A stretch of DNA of 64,000 bases from Octopus sinensis. Lineage: Eukaryota. Where the stretch lies: assembly GCF_006345805.1 (NCBI RefSeq), contig NC_043001.1, positions 28,892,001 to 28,956,000 on the forward strand, read 5' to 3'. Shown piece after piece: positions 34,761 through 52,365 of the stretch. Numbering within the stretch: position 1 is the stretch's first letter; every line of letters starts with the position of its first letter. The translations under genes and the position numbers were made by a program. Under the pieces are notes generated by a model, which was not told the origin of the DNA, made no database searches, and saw only the letters and a program-made list of their open reading frames with translations.

Positions 34761-35230
34761 TAGGGTACAAGGGGTATTTGAGAACACTTAATTATCAATA
34801 TATTGCACTTTTCAAACTAATTAAAGGTTAATATTTCTTTCAGACCTTGCGAGGAAGATAAAATGCTAACACACAAGAAATTAAAGGATGTGTAGTCATT
34901 GTTACTATAGAATACACCAATTTAGAAATTGCCAACTTTCTAAATGTTGCAGGGTTCTTTGTACACAAGGTTCAGATGGAATTGGAACTGGAAGCCACTG
35001 GTGGGAATGTTTCAGTCGCATCAATGAAATAAAAGATAATCTTACTGTCCAGACATTATAAGGACACCACATTTCATCCAACAGTTTCAAAAATTGATCG
35101 ATGATGATCCCAAAATATCAATGAGGTCCCTCACCAAAGAACTTCATGTGTTGGAGGGGATTATTAGAACTGTGACAACATGAAAAGATTTGATTTAAGT
35201 TGTATGGGAGGCCAATCCATATCTGCAAAG
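34761..35230 (+). mobile_element. maT (DD37D-type) transposon 5' fragment
   Basis: TIR tagggtacaaggggtatttgag matches the 63701 end; EIANFLNVAGFFVHKV..FIQQFQKLIDDDPKISMRSLTKELHV. Confidence 0.75.
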
Positions 35231-35504
35231 ACATGAGAACTGTTTGATTTATATAAACAGATATCATCATCATCATCGTCATTATCATCGTCATCATCAT
35301 CGTTGTCATCATCATCATCGTCATCATCATCATCGTCATCATCATCGTCATCGTCATCATCATCATCATCATCGTTGTTGTTGTTGTTCTTGTTCTAACA
35401 TCCAGTATTTCATGCTTGTAAAGGGGTCAAACGGAATTTGTGGACAGCATTATGCTGGACAGGGCTAAATAATTCTTGAATCAGAGTAATAAAATATTAC
35501 AGTC

Positions 35505-35890
35505 AAAGTAACATAAATATTTAATAGTATTTCATTTAATGAGATGTGATGCCAGGTGGTCTGTGGAGTTACTGGTAGCACAGTTGCCCAGCAAGTTATA
35601 GATACATCATTTGAATCATGCCACTGAATACTTATTCCTTCACAGATGCTACACTATTTCTGACAAACACCATTGATTCTCATAAACTCAGTCAATCTTA
35701 CTATAAATATATAGAAGTACAGCTCACTTCTGGACAGGAATATTTGACAGGAATATGATTAGCTTGCAATACTGAATTTTTATCTTCCCTTAGGAAAGCC
35801 AAATTAAAGGACAATGGAAAGCAACATCTATGAGACTGTCATAAAATGTTTCTCTGAAATTTCAGTCAGCCACATCTTGACAGCTAGTTC
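35505..35890. repeat. Inverted copy of the 22775-23140 repeat
   Basis: Direct sequence match in reverse complement. Confidence 0.75.
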
Positions 35891-36541
35891 TTAGATGAAC
35901 ATGATCTTAGTTGTTATTGTCCCATTAGTTCAGTATGAGTCAGACCTCCTACTATAATCTCAATGGCCAAGATGACCCCTAGAGGGAGATGGAATAGGTG
36001 GACATACAGACCCCTGAAAACTACGATCAGGTTAGAAAAATGTTCGTACATGCAGTGGGTGTAAGTACCAGGATTATTATTACTATTTTCTTCTTTCAAT
36101 CTTGTTTCCATTTCTTGCCAAGTGTCTTCCCCATACCTAAGGGCAAAGAAACTCACCGTATACATGATAGGTCATTTAAATAAACATACCAGATTGTTCA
36201 TTTTCAAATGTGACAGAAAAGAAAAGGGTGAAAGAAAGAAAAAGAAAAAAAAGGAAAAATTAGAAGAATAAAAAATAGAAAAAATTGAAAAAGAAAAAAA
36301 GGGGTAAAGGAAAGAAAATCCACTGTGACAATGCTCTTCTCAATACAATGCATTTCTTGCATGGATGGTAAGCCAGGGATCATTCTCAAATAATTTTTGA
36401 GAGCGATTAGGTTTGTTTTTAGTATTCTCATTTGTGAGAGCAGTTGAGTTTAAGATATTCTCATTTTAAAAATCATCTCCGACTAACTGTTGAGAGGACG
36501 TTGGTTCTGACTTGGTAGAGGTTTGTGCTCCCTCAGTGCTC

Positions 36542-36599
<58 letters not shown>

Positions 36600-36600
<1 letters not shown>

Positions 36601-37155
36601 GAGTGAGAGAGCAGTGCATGCAATCAAAGTGACACTGGGGTAAAATATATGAAGCCCAGTATACCCATCATGACAACCCATCTGATAAGGGTGCACTAGG
36701 CACAGGCATCACAACCGTATGTGTGCGATATAGTGATCTCATATCAAGATTAACAGAGCATGACTTTGCAGGTGGGACCCAGTTAGAATTTTCTTCTGGT
36801 CGAGTAGCCCATCTCACTCAAAATGTCCCTGAATAAGGAATATTTAAGGATGTTGAACAAACCACCCTGGTTTCCAAAGGCGAAATATCCAAACCTCCAA
36901 GAATTCCTTTCAACACACGGCTCTGATGCTCCCCCACTACTTCTGCTCATGATCAGAGAAGCACATATCGTCAGCCACTAAGGGACATGCTCAACTGGTT
37001 AAGGTCAAACAACTGACAAGCAAATCTGTGGTATTGAGCAGAATATTTGCTGTAGCCCATCTTTTATAATAATACAAATCAATGTACATAACACTTCCAA
37101 TCAGTTAAGATGAGAAGCCATGAGAGCCACTGTCTTGTACTGCATCAGGACATTT
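36600..37155. mobile_element. ~555-bp unclassified element embedded in (TTA)n
   Basis: Complex sequence bounded on both sides by pure (tta)n tracts. Confidence 0.5.
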
Positions 37156-37577
37156 ATTATTATTATTATTATTATCATTATTATTGTTGTTGTTGTTGTT
37201 ATTTTGATGCTATTAAAGGATATTTCCCAGTTTGATGCTTGCTAGGTCTTTTTATTTCATTGAAATAGTTCACGTTTAGCATGAGATTTATAATCTGCAT
37301 GTAACTATTGTGCATGTATGTAAAAGATTATCAATGAGTAAATGAAGATATCACCTGAATAGGTGTGAATGTAGCTAAAAATAACACCGAAAAAGGTTGT
37401 TGGAGTAGGAAAGAAGAAGTGATACCCAAGAGTTAATAGAATGTGAAATGGAGAAGAACCTGTTGGCACACATTGTAACAGTATTATCTATAACGAGGTA
37501 ACAAAGTAGATAGTTCTTGTTGAGGCTTGGACATGCTATCATGCAACCATCGATGTATCATTCTTTATATATATATA

Positions 37578-37760
37578 TAGTTAATCCAAACAAGAAAACA
37601 CAAAAAAACACAACAACGCGAGGACGTGGAACAAATAAAGTATCATTGGACGCTCAGGAAAGAAGGGAAGAAGGCGGGTTTAACGTTTCGAGCGGAGCTC
37701 TTCGTCGGAAACATAGGAGAAGGAAAGATCCCGAGAAGGGAAGACAGAGGAAAAAAATTG
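37578..37760 (-). mobile_element. Solo hammerhead unit, family H1
   Basis: Reverse homolog of 15889-16080. Confidence 0.75.
37678..37712 (-). ncRNA. Minimal type I hammerhead motif (CCGACGA core variant)
   Basis: gttt CCGACGA a gagc-tcc-gctc GAAA cg TT aaac; perfect 4-bp stem I. Confidence 0.7.
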
Positions 37761-38127
37761 CCAGCGGTACTCATGAGAAGCACACCATTCGAGCGTGATC
37801 ATTACCGTATCGCCTTACTAGCACTTGTGCTGGTGGCATGTGAAATATTCAAGCGAGGTTGTTGCCAGTGCCGCTGGACTGTCTCCTGTGCAGGTGGCAC
37901 GTAAAAGGCACCATTTGGGCATGGCCGCTGCCAGTACCACCAGACTGGCCCTCGTGCCAGTGGCATGTAAAAGCACCCACTACACTCTCGGAGTGATTGG
38001 CGTTAGGAAGGGCATCCAGCTGTAGAAACTCTGCCAGATCAGACTGGAGTCTGGTTCGCCAGACCTCAGTCAAATTGTCCAACCTATGCCAGCATGGAAA
38101 GTGGATATTAAATGATGATGATGATGA
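37761..38127 (+). mobile_element. RTE tail copy, decayed modules
   Basis: Three cores plus (gat)n. Confidence 0.85.
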
Positions 38128-38139
38128 CATATATATAAG

Positions 38140-38172
<33 letters not shown>

Positions 38173-38589
38173 AACATATACACACCTACACATTAAAAAT
38201 GGGGAAGGCTGGTTTATGGGATTACCTTAGGTTTCCTATCCATAGAGGTTTAACTTTATTGCATATTGTCAGATCCCAAAAACCTGTTGGCTCATGACCT
38301 CTTAAAAATATGCAGGGGGAAATGCCTCCCTACTCAAAGGCAACAATTGGGGATTATCTCCCTTTGCTATTTGCTATCGCCTTCTGCTTTCCACTCATCA
38401 GTAGGGTAAGCCAATCATTTATTATAATTATATTTTATAATTATACTTAAATAGAGAGCAGTCGCTACATTCCCTTCCATATTGGCTAACTCTGATGAGG
38501 GAAAGAAGAAACACCGGCACCCCAGGCTAAAGAAGGTCTTCATCCATGTAAGGTGTTCTTATCTGTTTGGTGGAATATGAAAGGTTTAG

Positions 38590-38873
38590 TCCACTTTGCC
38601 CCCATCTGATTATCATTTATTCTGCAGTCTTCAAAATCATTTGGACAGAAAAGATATGAATTCTGTAGATGAGGTCAGAATAGTATTAGAGGAGTATTTT
38701 TGTCACAGATAAATGAATTTTGAAAGAGAGGCCTTGCAAGTCTCTCAGATAGATGAAAGAGCATTGTAGAAAATGAAGGAAATTATATTTTAGATTAAAA
38801 AGGACTTTATCTTAATTTTGAAAAATAAATGAAGTATAAAAAAAAGATGCATTAATTATGGGAAGACCCAGTA
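38590..38873 (+). mobile_element. Mariner 3' fragment, same family as 11138-12200
   Basis: APSDYHLFCSLQNHL..SVDEVRIVLEEYF..ENEGNYILD*; TIR gcattaattatgggaagacccag followed by ta. Confidence 0.85.
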
Positions 38874-38912
38874 TATATACATATACATATACATATACAT
38901 ATATACAAATAT

Positions 38913-38952
<40 letters not shown>

Positions 38953-39355
38953 ATATTTATATATAATACACCCATATATAAGCAAAGAAGCTACTTAGAA
39001 ATCTCTATAGGGGGGGGGGTCGCTCCCCTGCTTGTATCAGGTGCAGATATAAAATTTTTATTTTCATACATAACATATAAACATGTACATTTTTTAGAAC
39101 ATTGTTATTTTATAGGATTTTGCTAGCAAATTTTAAAATTAACATAAACATTTATTTACATGAAAGATAATTACCAGTGAATTGTCATCTAATTCTTCCA
39201 GATCTTTCTGTTAAAACTGTACTGAAACCATTTGTGAGGAATTTTTATCACTGCAACCGGTTAAACATGTTTTAATGGAGACTACTGAAGCAAGCCAGCA
39301 TGCTTGCAACATTGGACCAGCCATATTGATGTGGCAATAAACTATTACTTGTCAG

Positions 39356-42521
<3,166 letters not shown>

Positions 42522-43189
42522 TATATATATACGTGTGTGGGCATGCGTTTATGTATAGATTATCATAAGAGATAAACATGCATACATACATATGTATGTA
42601 TGCATGTATGTATGTATGTATGTATGTATGTATGTATGTATGTATGTACGCTCGATTGATTTTGTAAACGCCTCCTTTTATACCTTCTCTAACAACTTTT
42701 TGTTGACGTAGAAATCCAGGTACTGTTGACACGTGATTCGTTATTTATCAGCTTGTGTAACACAATAGCATCAGAACAGAGAAGCAAGCAAGCACGTCAG
42801 GTGAGCAGATCTGTTAAGGCAACCACGCAATTACATATACAGGTGAAAAGTTTTCTTCACTTTGTGTGTTTGTTTAATATTTCATATTTCATCTTGTTGT
42901 GTCTAGGGGAGTCAGAAAACACATGAAAAGCAAAACCCACGACTGGGTGTGTGTATTTTGAATGAATTGCCCGAAAACTTAAACTTAATATTTATTTTAC
43001 AAAAAGAAAAATGAAAAAAAAATTAAAATATTGCTTCAGTGGTATTATTAATTTAAATGAATATTCTTAAAGCATTAGTGATCAAGGAATGAACTTATTT
43101 TATGCTCAATTCTCTATATTTTTACCTATGTTATGTATGTGCGTGTGTGTGTAAGAGGAGAGAAGAAGAGTACATGCATGTTTGAGTGT

Positions 43190-44045
<856 letters not shown>

Positions 44046-44356
44046 AGCATTTGCCCAAAGTCACTCAACAGTAAATCAAAGTTCCAGAAATACTTAATAA
44101 CCAGTTTTATTTTTTCATTCTAATTATGAATGCTTAATAATTGAATTCTGTGAGTTAAAATCACCAGTTGTTTTGCTGTTTTTTTCAACATTTGTCTATT
44201 TATTAGTGAAGTCTCATATGAAATAATTTTTCGTTATAATCTTGGAATTAAATGGGTTTTGATTTACTGTCAGGTGACTTGGCCAACCCTGTGTATGTGT
44301 GTATGTATATACATACATACTATATTATATATATATTATATATATATATATATATA

Positions 44357-44537
44357 ATAACATAAGGGACTAAAGCCATCTGAATATGGCTAGGGACAGG
44401 GCAGGGTGGTGGGGGTGTTACTGTTGCATTTAGCCCCAGGCGAACATCGATGTTCGCCCGGGGCTAAATGCAACAGTAACACCCCCACACCCTGCCCTGT
44501 CCCTAGCCATATCAGATGGCTTTAGTCCTTATGTTAT
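44357..44537. repeat. 181-bp near-perfect loopless palindrome
   Basis: Centre gaacat|cg|atgttc (44448/44449); arms 92 and 89 bp, 3 single-base indels and 1 mismatch. Confidence 0.95.
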
Positions 44538-44580
44538 GGAGCAGTTACTGTCTATATCTCATTTAGAAAATTATTATTGC

Positions 44581-44611
<31 letters not shown>

Positions 44612-44749
44612 GTACACGATGCACCAGGTTACTATAAAGTGGAAGTCAAAACTCCCAACTTAACCATCAATCTCATTGAAAGTGCATAATATATCATCAT
44701 CATCATCATATGTAAGAATAAGTAAATATTCAAAATGAATACTCATAAA

Positions 44750-44877
44750 AATGTTATTATTATTATCATTATTATCAATCATCATCATTATTATGTTATA
44801 TTATTATTATTATTATTATCATCATCATTATATGTTATTATTATTATTATTATTATTATATTATCATCATTATTATA

Positions 44878-44940
<63 letters not shown>

Positions 44941-45005
44941 CAGCGGTAAATCAAGTTATTTAGATTATTTAGATTGCCGCTGACGATGATGATAATAATT
45001 TAATG

Positions 45006-45067
<62 letters not shown>

Positions 45068-45090
45068 TATAATAATAATAATAATAACAA
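44750..45090. repeat. (TAT)n and (AAT)n tracts facing each other around a short inverted core
   Basis: tcagcggtaaatc (44940-44952) vs gattgccgctga (44972-44983). Confidence 0.8.
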
Positions 45091-45343
45091 CAACAACAAC
45101 ATACCCCTTCACACAAATTTCTTATCAAAACTATTTCCTCTTTGCTTGATAAGTATTTTGTTTAATTTACAAGCATTTGTTTAATTTACAATTAATCTCT
45201 CAATTTTTAGAGCTTTTCCCTCATACCCAATGTAAGGAAAAGAAAATTTGTTCCATATTGTTTGAACGTCTGCCGTAACAATCTGGTAGAATTCTTTTGC
45301 TGTGGCTGAAGTTTTTGATATCTGTTCTTCATGTTTACTTATG

Positions 45344-45720
45344 TACTAGCAGTATCGCCCAGCATTGCTCGGGTTTGTTTCGACCCTTTAGAATTGAAAA
45401 GTTTTGCATTATATAGCTTGTTATTCTTTTTAAGTGAACATTTTTCTGGTTGAAATACACTGAAAAATGGCGACGCAGCAGTCAAAAATCGTAAATGATA
45501 AAGATTTTCATAGAAAAAAAGCACCTTTTTGATGTAAATAATTTTTGGTGTTAACATGGTCCGATTTGAATTTTTTCTTCTACGGAAGGAAGAGCAAACC
45601 TTCTTCTATCATACTCTCAATTTTGGTCAACTTGCGCCGCAGGGTCTTAGAGGAGATAGTGTTAGTTGAAGGCTACAAAACCTGCCATACACAGACAACT
45701 TCAGCTTTATATATAGAGAT
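45344..45720 (+). mobile_element. Helitron/Helentron-type non-autonomous element
   Basis: Starts tactagcagtatcgcccagcattgctcggg, ends acacagacaacttcagctttatatatagagat, a pattern recalled from HINE/DINE-1-like elements. Confidence 0.55.
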
Positions 45721-46953
45721 AAATAATGTCGGAATACATCAGCCTTTGATGCCGTAGGAAATTCTGCAGGAAATCCAAATGTTAAATTACAGCTTTTACT
45801 TCTTGTTGCCATTATATAATTTTATATACTTAAATTATTACAGTTTGAATTTATGTAGGTATTTTTGTAAAATTATAGTACAATAATAATTCTGAAATAA
45901 TCTGAAAAGCAAAAGAAAATCATTTAATAAATGTATACATTTTCTAAAAAAATATTCACTTAACACATATGGAAAAGTTGTAATTTTACCACGTTGGAAG
46001 GGTACCTACCTACCTACCAGTTGCCTTATATCTCAATGTTTTTGTTATTTTACTCATCAGATGTTTTAAACGAGGTTTCTACAGTGGAATACAATTAAAT
46101 GTTTCATACCCATAAGCAATTTAGTATATATGTGTTAGAGATTATATGATTACTATAGAAAATTAGGGTATTTAATTGTGTAGCGGGGTATGTGAGGGGT
46201 CACATAACCCTAATTTTCATATGTTTTATTTAAAATACTATTTGAAACTCTGTGCATACTGTGGAACCTTAAAATGATTGTGTTTCACCCCTGCCCCACC
46301 AATATATACATACATACATATATATACATATATATACATATGCTTATATACATACATATATGTACATACCTTCATATATATGTATATATACATGCATATA
46401 TGGTTACAGGACGTCAAAAAAACGAGAACAAAATAAAAAACGAGAGCATAAAAAACAAAAAAAAAACATGGAAAACGAACTTTTTTCAAATAACGAAAGA
46501 AACAAATAGAGAAACAAGACAGGCAACATAAAGAATAATCCCTTCATCAGTTGTCACCTGTTTTATCTACTCCGCGTTTCGAAGGTTGATACAAGATGCG
46601 ACTTCGTTAAAACAGTCGTTCCGCAAAGCAAATTAAATAAAATTTGGGATTTGCGAATGGTTAAACTGGTAACAAAAACAGGACAGTAAGAACAAAACAG
46701 TGAAAGCAAACGGTAAGGGCTGTTAAGCCATAACGAGGTGAAGTGGTGAACGCTGGAGAAACGAGCTTTGACAGGAGACAGACAAAAGTGTGTCTTGTCT
46801 CTCATAAGGCAAAGGGAAGAAAGAAAGCCACTGGTCACGTGTAAGCAACGAGAGAGTTAAGGAGGAAGGGTGAGGGAGAGAGATGGAGAGAAAGAGAACG
46901 GTGAAGCGGAAGAGAAGAATTAGAGAAAGGGTGAGAAAGAAAAACTGAAAGAA

Positions 46954-46993
<40 letters not shown>

Positions 46994-47665
46994 TTATATA
47001 TATATATACACACATACACACATATAACATAATATATATATATGTATACTATACATATATATACCACATTAAATATGTGTGTGCGCGCATGATATATATG
47101 TATATATGTCTATATAGATGACACACACACAAATATATATATGTTTGAATATGTCACAAGAGATGAAACTTGGAGTCACAGTCAGCTTTACTCTATTGCT
47201 AGTATTGAGTCCTTTCACTTGTAAAGGTATGTTGCTATGTATTACTTACCAACCTTAGTCCACGCACACACAGACGTGTTTAAGTTAGAATAAAAAGTTT
47301 TCACAGACGTTTCATAATTTCATTCTAAGCTCTACAACTGTTTCATCCATATAAGTATTTATCTCAAATATAAAAATAAATAACTATTTCAAATAGAAAA
47401 AAAAGACAAAAATAGATAATACATTAACCCAGAGCGCATGTGATTTTGTAAGTTGAAAAACGAAAGAGCTTACACACAAAGACACACAAGATGTAAAATA
47501 CGTACTGTATACGAATTTCTTGCACAAAGGTTAGCGACATTCTGTTAAATAAAAGAATTTTTTTTAAAGTAAATAATTTTAAAATATGTTTTATCTAATT
47601 ATTGTAACTCTTTCAAGTAATTTTTAGAAAAGTTTATGTATATATATAAATATATATGTATATAT

Positions 47666-48902
47666 ACAAAGTCGACCACGGAGTGATATGTCACAAATTA
47701 CTCAGACTCGGCATAACAGGAAAAGTAGGTGAGTGGATACATGACTTCCTGAAGGACAGAAGCCAGATGGTTGCAGCCAATGGAGCCCTCTCGGGAAAGA
47801 CACCAATAGCAAGCGGGGTGCCACAGGGCACAGTCTTGGGACCCTTGCTGTTTTTGGTGGCGCTCTCTGACATGCCCTTGGTAGCACAAACAACATCCCT
47901 CACTAGCTATGCTGATGACACAAAGGTAGCACAGGCAATCAAAAACCCAGCTGATGCTGACCTTTACAAACAAGATCTGGATGCCATATACAAATGGGCT
48001 GAAGACCAACAACATGCAATTTAATGCTGGTAAATTTCAAGCCTTACAATATCAAGCTGTAAACACATATACATTACAACACAACTATACTGGTCCAGGA
48101 GGGATCGAAATCCAGTATCGAAATCAATACGGGACCTGGGGATAGACATGGAGTGACGATGCATCTTTTTCTTCACACATCGCGAAGGTGGCGACAATGG
48201 CAGACGACTCACTGGCTGGATCCTGAGGACATTCCGGATAGAGACTGCGAGACCATGTTGACACTATGGAAGACATTTGTCCTAAGCCGCCTGGACTACT
48301 GCTCCCAACTGTGGTCACCGCATAGTGTCAAACTAACCACAGAGCTTGAGACAATCCAAAGACATTTCACCACAGAGGATTTCCACCATGAAGAAAAGAA
48401 CTATGGGAGAGGCTTAGGGAACTCAATTTGTACTTGGAACGAAGACGAGAGAGATATGCAGTGAGTGATATACATATGGAAAATCCTGGAGGGACTAGCA
48501 CCAAATTTTGGAATTGAGAGCTGTTCCAATCCCCGTACAGGACGTCACTGTGTGGTTTGCCAAAGGGCCCGTCTTCACATCCAGGGTAAGGAGCAGATAC
48601 TGTAATAGCCTGGGATTCAGGGGCCCTCAGCTTTTCAAACAAACTGCCAAGAAAACTAAGAGATCACATGATGCGGATGTGGACATTTTCAAAAAACATC
48701 TAGACAAGCTGCTTTCCGGGATCCCAGATGAAACCACTGCAAGGTACGAAGGTAACCAAAGGGCAGCAGCTACAAACTCTCTCTTAGATCAGGGCCAGCC
48801 ACGGCAAACTGGACTTAGAGAGGGTAGCAACAAGGGCGGTGCCCCAGCATGGCCTCAGCCGGATGGCTGAAACAAGTAAAAGAATAAAAGAATAAAAGAA
48901 TA
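47666..48902 (+). mobile_element. 5'-truncated CR1/L2-clade LINE, RT domain to 3' tail, frameshifted
   Basis: KVDH, SGVPQGTVLGPLLF, YADDTK, LWKTFVLSRLDYCSQLWSP; tail gaaacaagt(aaaagaat)n. Confidence 0.92.
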
Positions 48903-48957
48903 TGAATATATATATATATATATATGATATATATATGTATATATGTGTATATGTATA

Positions 48958-48992
<35 letters not shown>

Positions 48993-49102
48993 ATAATATA
49001 TATATATATATAGATATATATATATATGAATATATATGTATATATGTGTAGATATATAGATATAATATATATATTATATATATATTATATATATATGATA
49101 TA

Positions 49103-49177
<75 letters not shown>

Positions 49178-49373
49178 AATATATATATTATATATGATAT
49201 ATATATATAGTATCTATATATATATATATATATTATGATATATATATATATATATGATATATATATTATATATATGATATTAATATTAATTATATATAAT
49301 ATATTAGATATGATATATATATATATATATATATATGATATGATATATATATGTATATGTGTGTATATATATG

Positions 49374-49404
<31 letters not shown>

Positions 49405-49544
49405 ATATATATGTATATATGTATATATATATGATATAATATATTATATATATATGATATATATATATATTATATTATATATAGATATATGATATAATAT
49501 ATATATTATTATATATATATATGATATATATATATATATATATA

Positions 49545-49586
<42 letters not shown>

Positions 49587-49671
49587 GATATATTATATAT
49601 ATGTATATGATATATATATGATATATATATATATATGTATATGATATATATGTATATATATATATATATAT

Positions 49672-49719
<48 letters not shown>

Positions 49720-49756
49720 ATATATATGATATATATATATATGATATATATATATA

Positions 49757-49791
<35 letters not shown>

Positions 49792-49806
49792 ATATATATA
49801 TATATG

Positions 49807-49837
<31 letters not shown>

Positions 49838-50157
49838 ATATATATATATATAGATATGATATATTATATATATAATATAGATATATATATATTATATATG
49901 TATGATATATTATATATATATATATGATTATATATATATATAGATATATATTATATATATAGATATATATATATAATATATGTGATATGTATGTATATAT
50001 ATATATGATATATATGTGTATATATATGATATATATATATATATTATGTAATATATTATATATATATATATGATATATATATATATATATATGATATATA
50101 TATGTGTATATATATGATATATATATTATATGTGTATGGTATATATATATATATATA

Positions 50158-50197
<40 letters not shown>

Positions 50198-50300
50198 ATA
50201 TGATATATATGTATATATATGATATATATAATATATATATGATATATATATGTATATGTATATGATATATGTGTGTATATATATATGATATATATTATAT

Positions 50301-50332
<32 letters not shown>

Positions 50333-50595
50333 ATATATATATATATATGATATGTATATATATATATATATCATATATATATATATATATGATATATATA
50401 TATATATGTATATATTATATATATATATATATATATGTATCATAATATGTATATATATATCATATTATATATGTATATGATAATATATATATATTGTATA
50501 TATATTATATTATGTATGTATGATATATATATTATAGATATATATATGATATATATATATATAATATATATATATATGATATATATTATATATAT

Positions 50596-50627
<32 letters not shown>

Positions 50628-51040
50628 ATATATATATGATATATATATATATGAATATATATATATATATATGATATATATTATATATATGATATATATC
50701 TATATATATATGGTAATGTATGATATATATTATATATATATGATATATATATGATATATATTATATATATGATATATATATATGTATATGATATGTATGA
50801 TATATGTATATATATATGATATGTATATGATATTATTATATATATATGATATATATATAATATATGATATATATATGATATATATATATATGATATATAT
50901 ATGATATAATATATTATATGATATATATATAATATATGAAATATATATATATATGATATATGATATCTATATATGATATATATATATATATATATAATAT
51001 AATGATATATATATATTATATATATATATATAATATATGA
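48903..51040. repeat. About 2.1 kb (TA)n / (TATATGA)n tract
   Basis: Direct inspection. Confidence 0.97.
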
Positions 51041-51584
51041 CATTCAGCCATTATTAATCTCTCAGCTGAAAGTTAAAATTGATTCAATTGTATTGTTTAT
51101 TAAAAAAATTTAGTATTTAAATATTAACATTTGCAATGAATTACATAATTGATTAGTCATATTATATGTGCATATTATTTCCAATAATTTTTTATTAACA
51201 CAAAGTTTTAGATTGTAAAATCTGTTGTTTCTTGTTCATCTTCAGGTCAGTCCTGATATGCAGCCCTATGTGATCAAAAGCATTCCATCTGTGACCATCT
51301 CATGTTTTTCTTTTTGCATGTCAGGGACTAATTAACCAATATAACCTTTATATATATATAACCTTTTTTTTAAGAGTGTGATTGAGATGTTTGTCTGATA
51401 TTTCTGGCAGATCAAACAACCACACAAAGTAGTGGTTCTCAATTTTTAAAATATTTATGGTAAACTGGAAATAAAATTTTAAAAATCACTGCTACGCTTT
51501 GCATGGAAAGTTAAAAAAATAAACTGTTTTAAAGTTAAAATAGAAAAAACATACAAAACTGTAGTAAAGGACATTTTATACTAC

Positions 51585-51960
51585 CACCACCACCACAACA
51601 TCACATTTTGCATATGAGTGTGTATGTGTCTGTCAGTGTGTGTTTGCATGTTCATTACATGTTAGGCCTCAGAGATTAAACAACACACACATTTACACAT
51701 ACATGTGTATATAAGTGTGTATGTATCTGTGTGTGTGTTTACGCATTCGTTAACCACCACCACCATGTCACATTTTGTATATGCGTGTGGTGTATTTGCA
51801 CATTCATTACATTAGGCCTCAGAGAATTAAACACACATGCACATCTATACATACATATACATTTGTGTATGAGTGTGTATGTGTCTGTTTGCACATTTGT
51901 TACGTACATTAGGCCTCAGAGAATTAAACACACACACATACATATACAAATGTGATGACT
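51585..51960. repeat. Decayed minisatellite, about 3 copies
   Basis: ttaggcctcagaga..ttaaacacac recurs at about 51663, 51812, 51910. Confidence 0.7.
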
Positions 51961-52365
51961 GACAAGTATGTGAGTGTATGTGTGTGTGAATACATAAATT
52001 TTTATGACGAATGACACACCACAATGCACATCTAAAGAGAGAGAGAGACAACAGGAGAGAGATAGGCCGTTATACAGAGAGAGATACAATTAAAGTGTTA
52101 GATATTCAGAGAGACAGAGAGAGAAAATGTAATGTCCTACAAAAGTCTAGAATCGGTTAACACACACATCTACACATACATATACATGTGATGACTGACA
52201 AGTATATAATGAATATTATTTACCCTGAGGTGTGCATGAACGTATGTCTACCTTAGTATATGTGTGAGAGTGTATGTGTGTGTGAGTGTATGTGTGATTG
52301 TCAATTACAACGATGTAAACTGCCTATGTGAAAGAGCTATACGATGGGCCATTTAAATCTTCAAA

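Noticed and set aside
38391-38515. Two divergent CTGATGAG motifs in a short inverted repeat
   Set aside because: Neither has a pairable stem II or stem III; at most a relic
42660-42960. Non-repetitive-looking island with several E-box motifs (cacgtg, caggtg) as a promoter or enhancer
   Set aside because: Hexamers occur by chance; no transcript or conservation evidence available
46538-46590. Permuted (type II) hammerhead: minus-strand GAAACGCG ... CTGATGAAGG
   Set aside because: Stem I and stem II could not be paired by eye; may be a decayed PLE end but is not supportable
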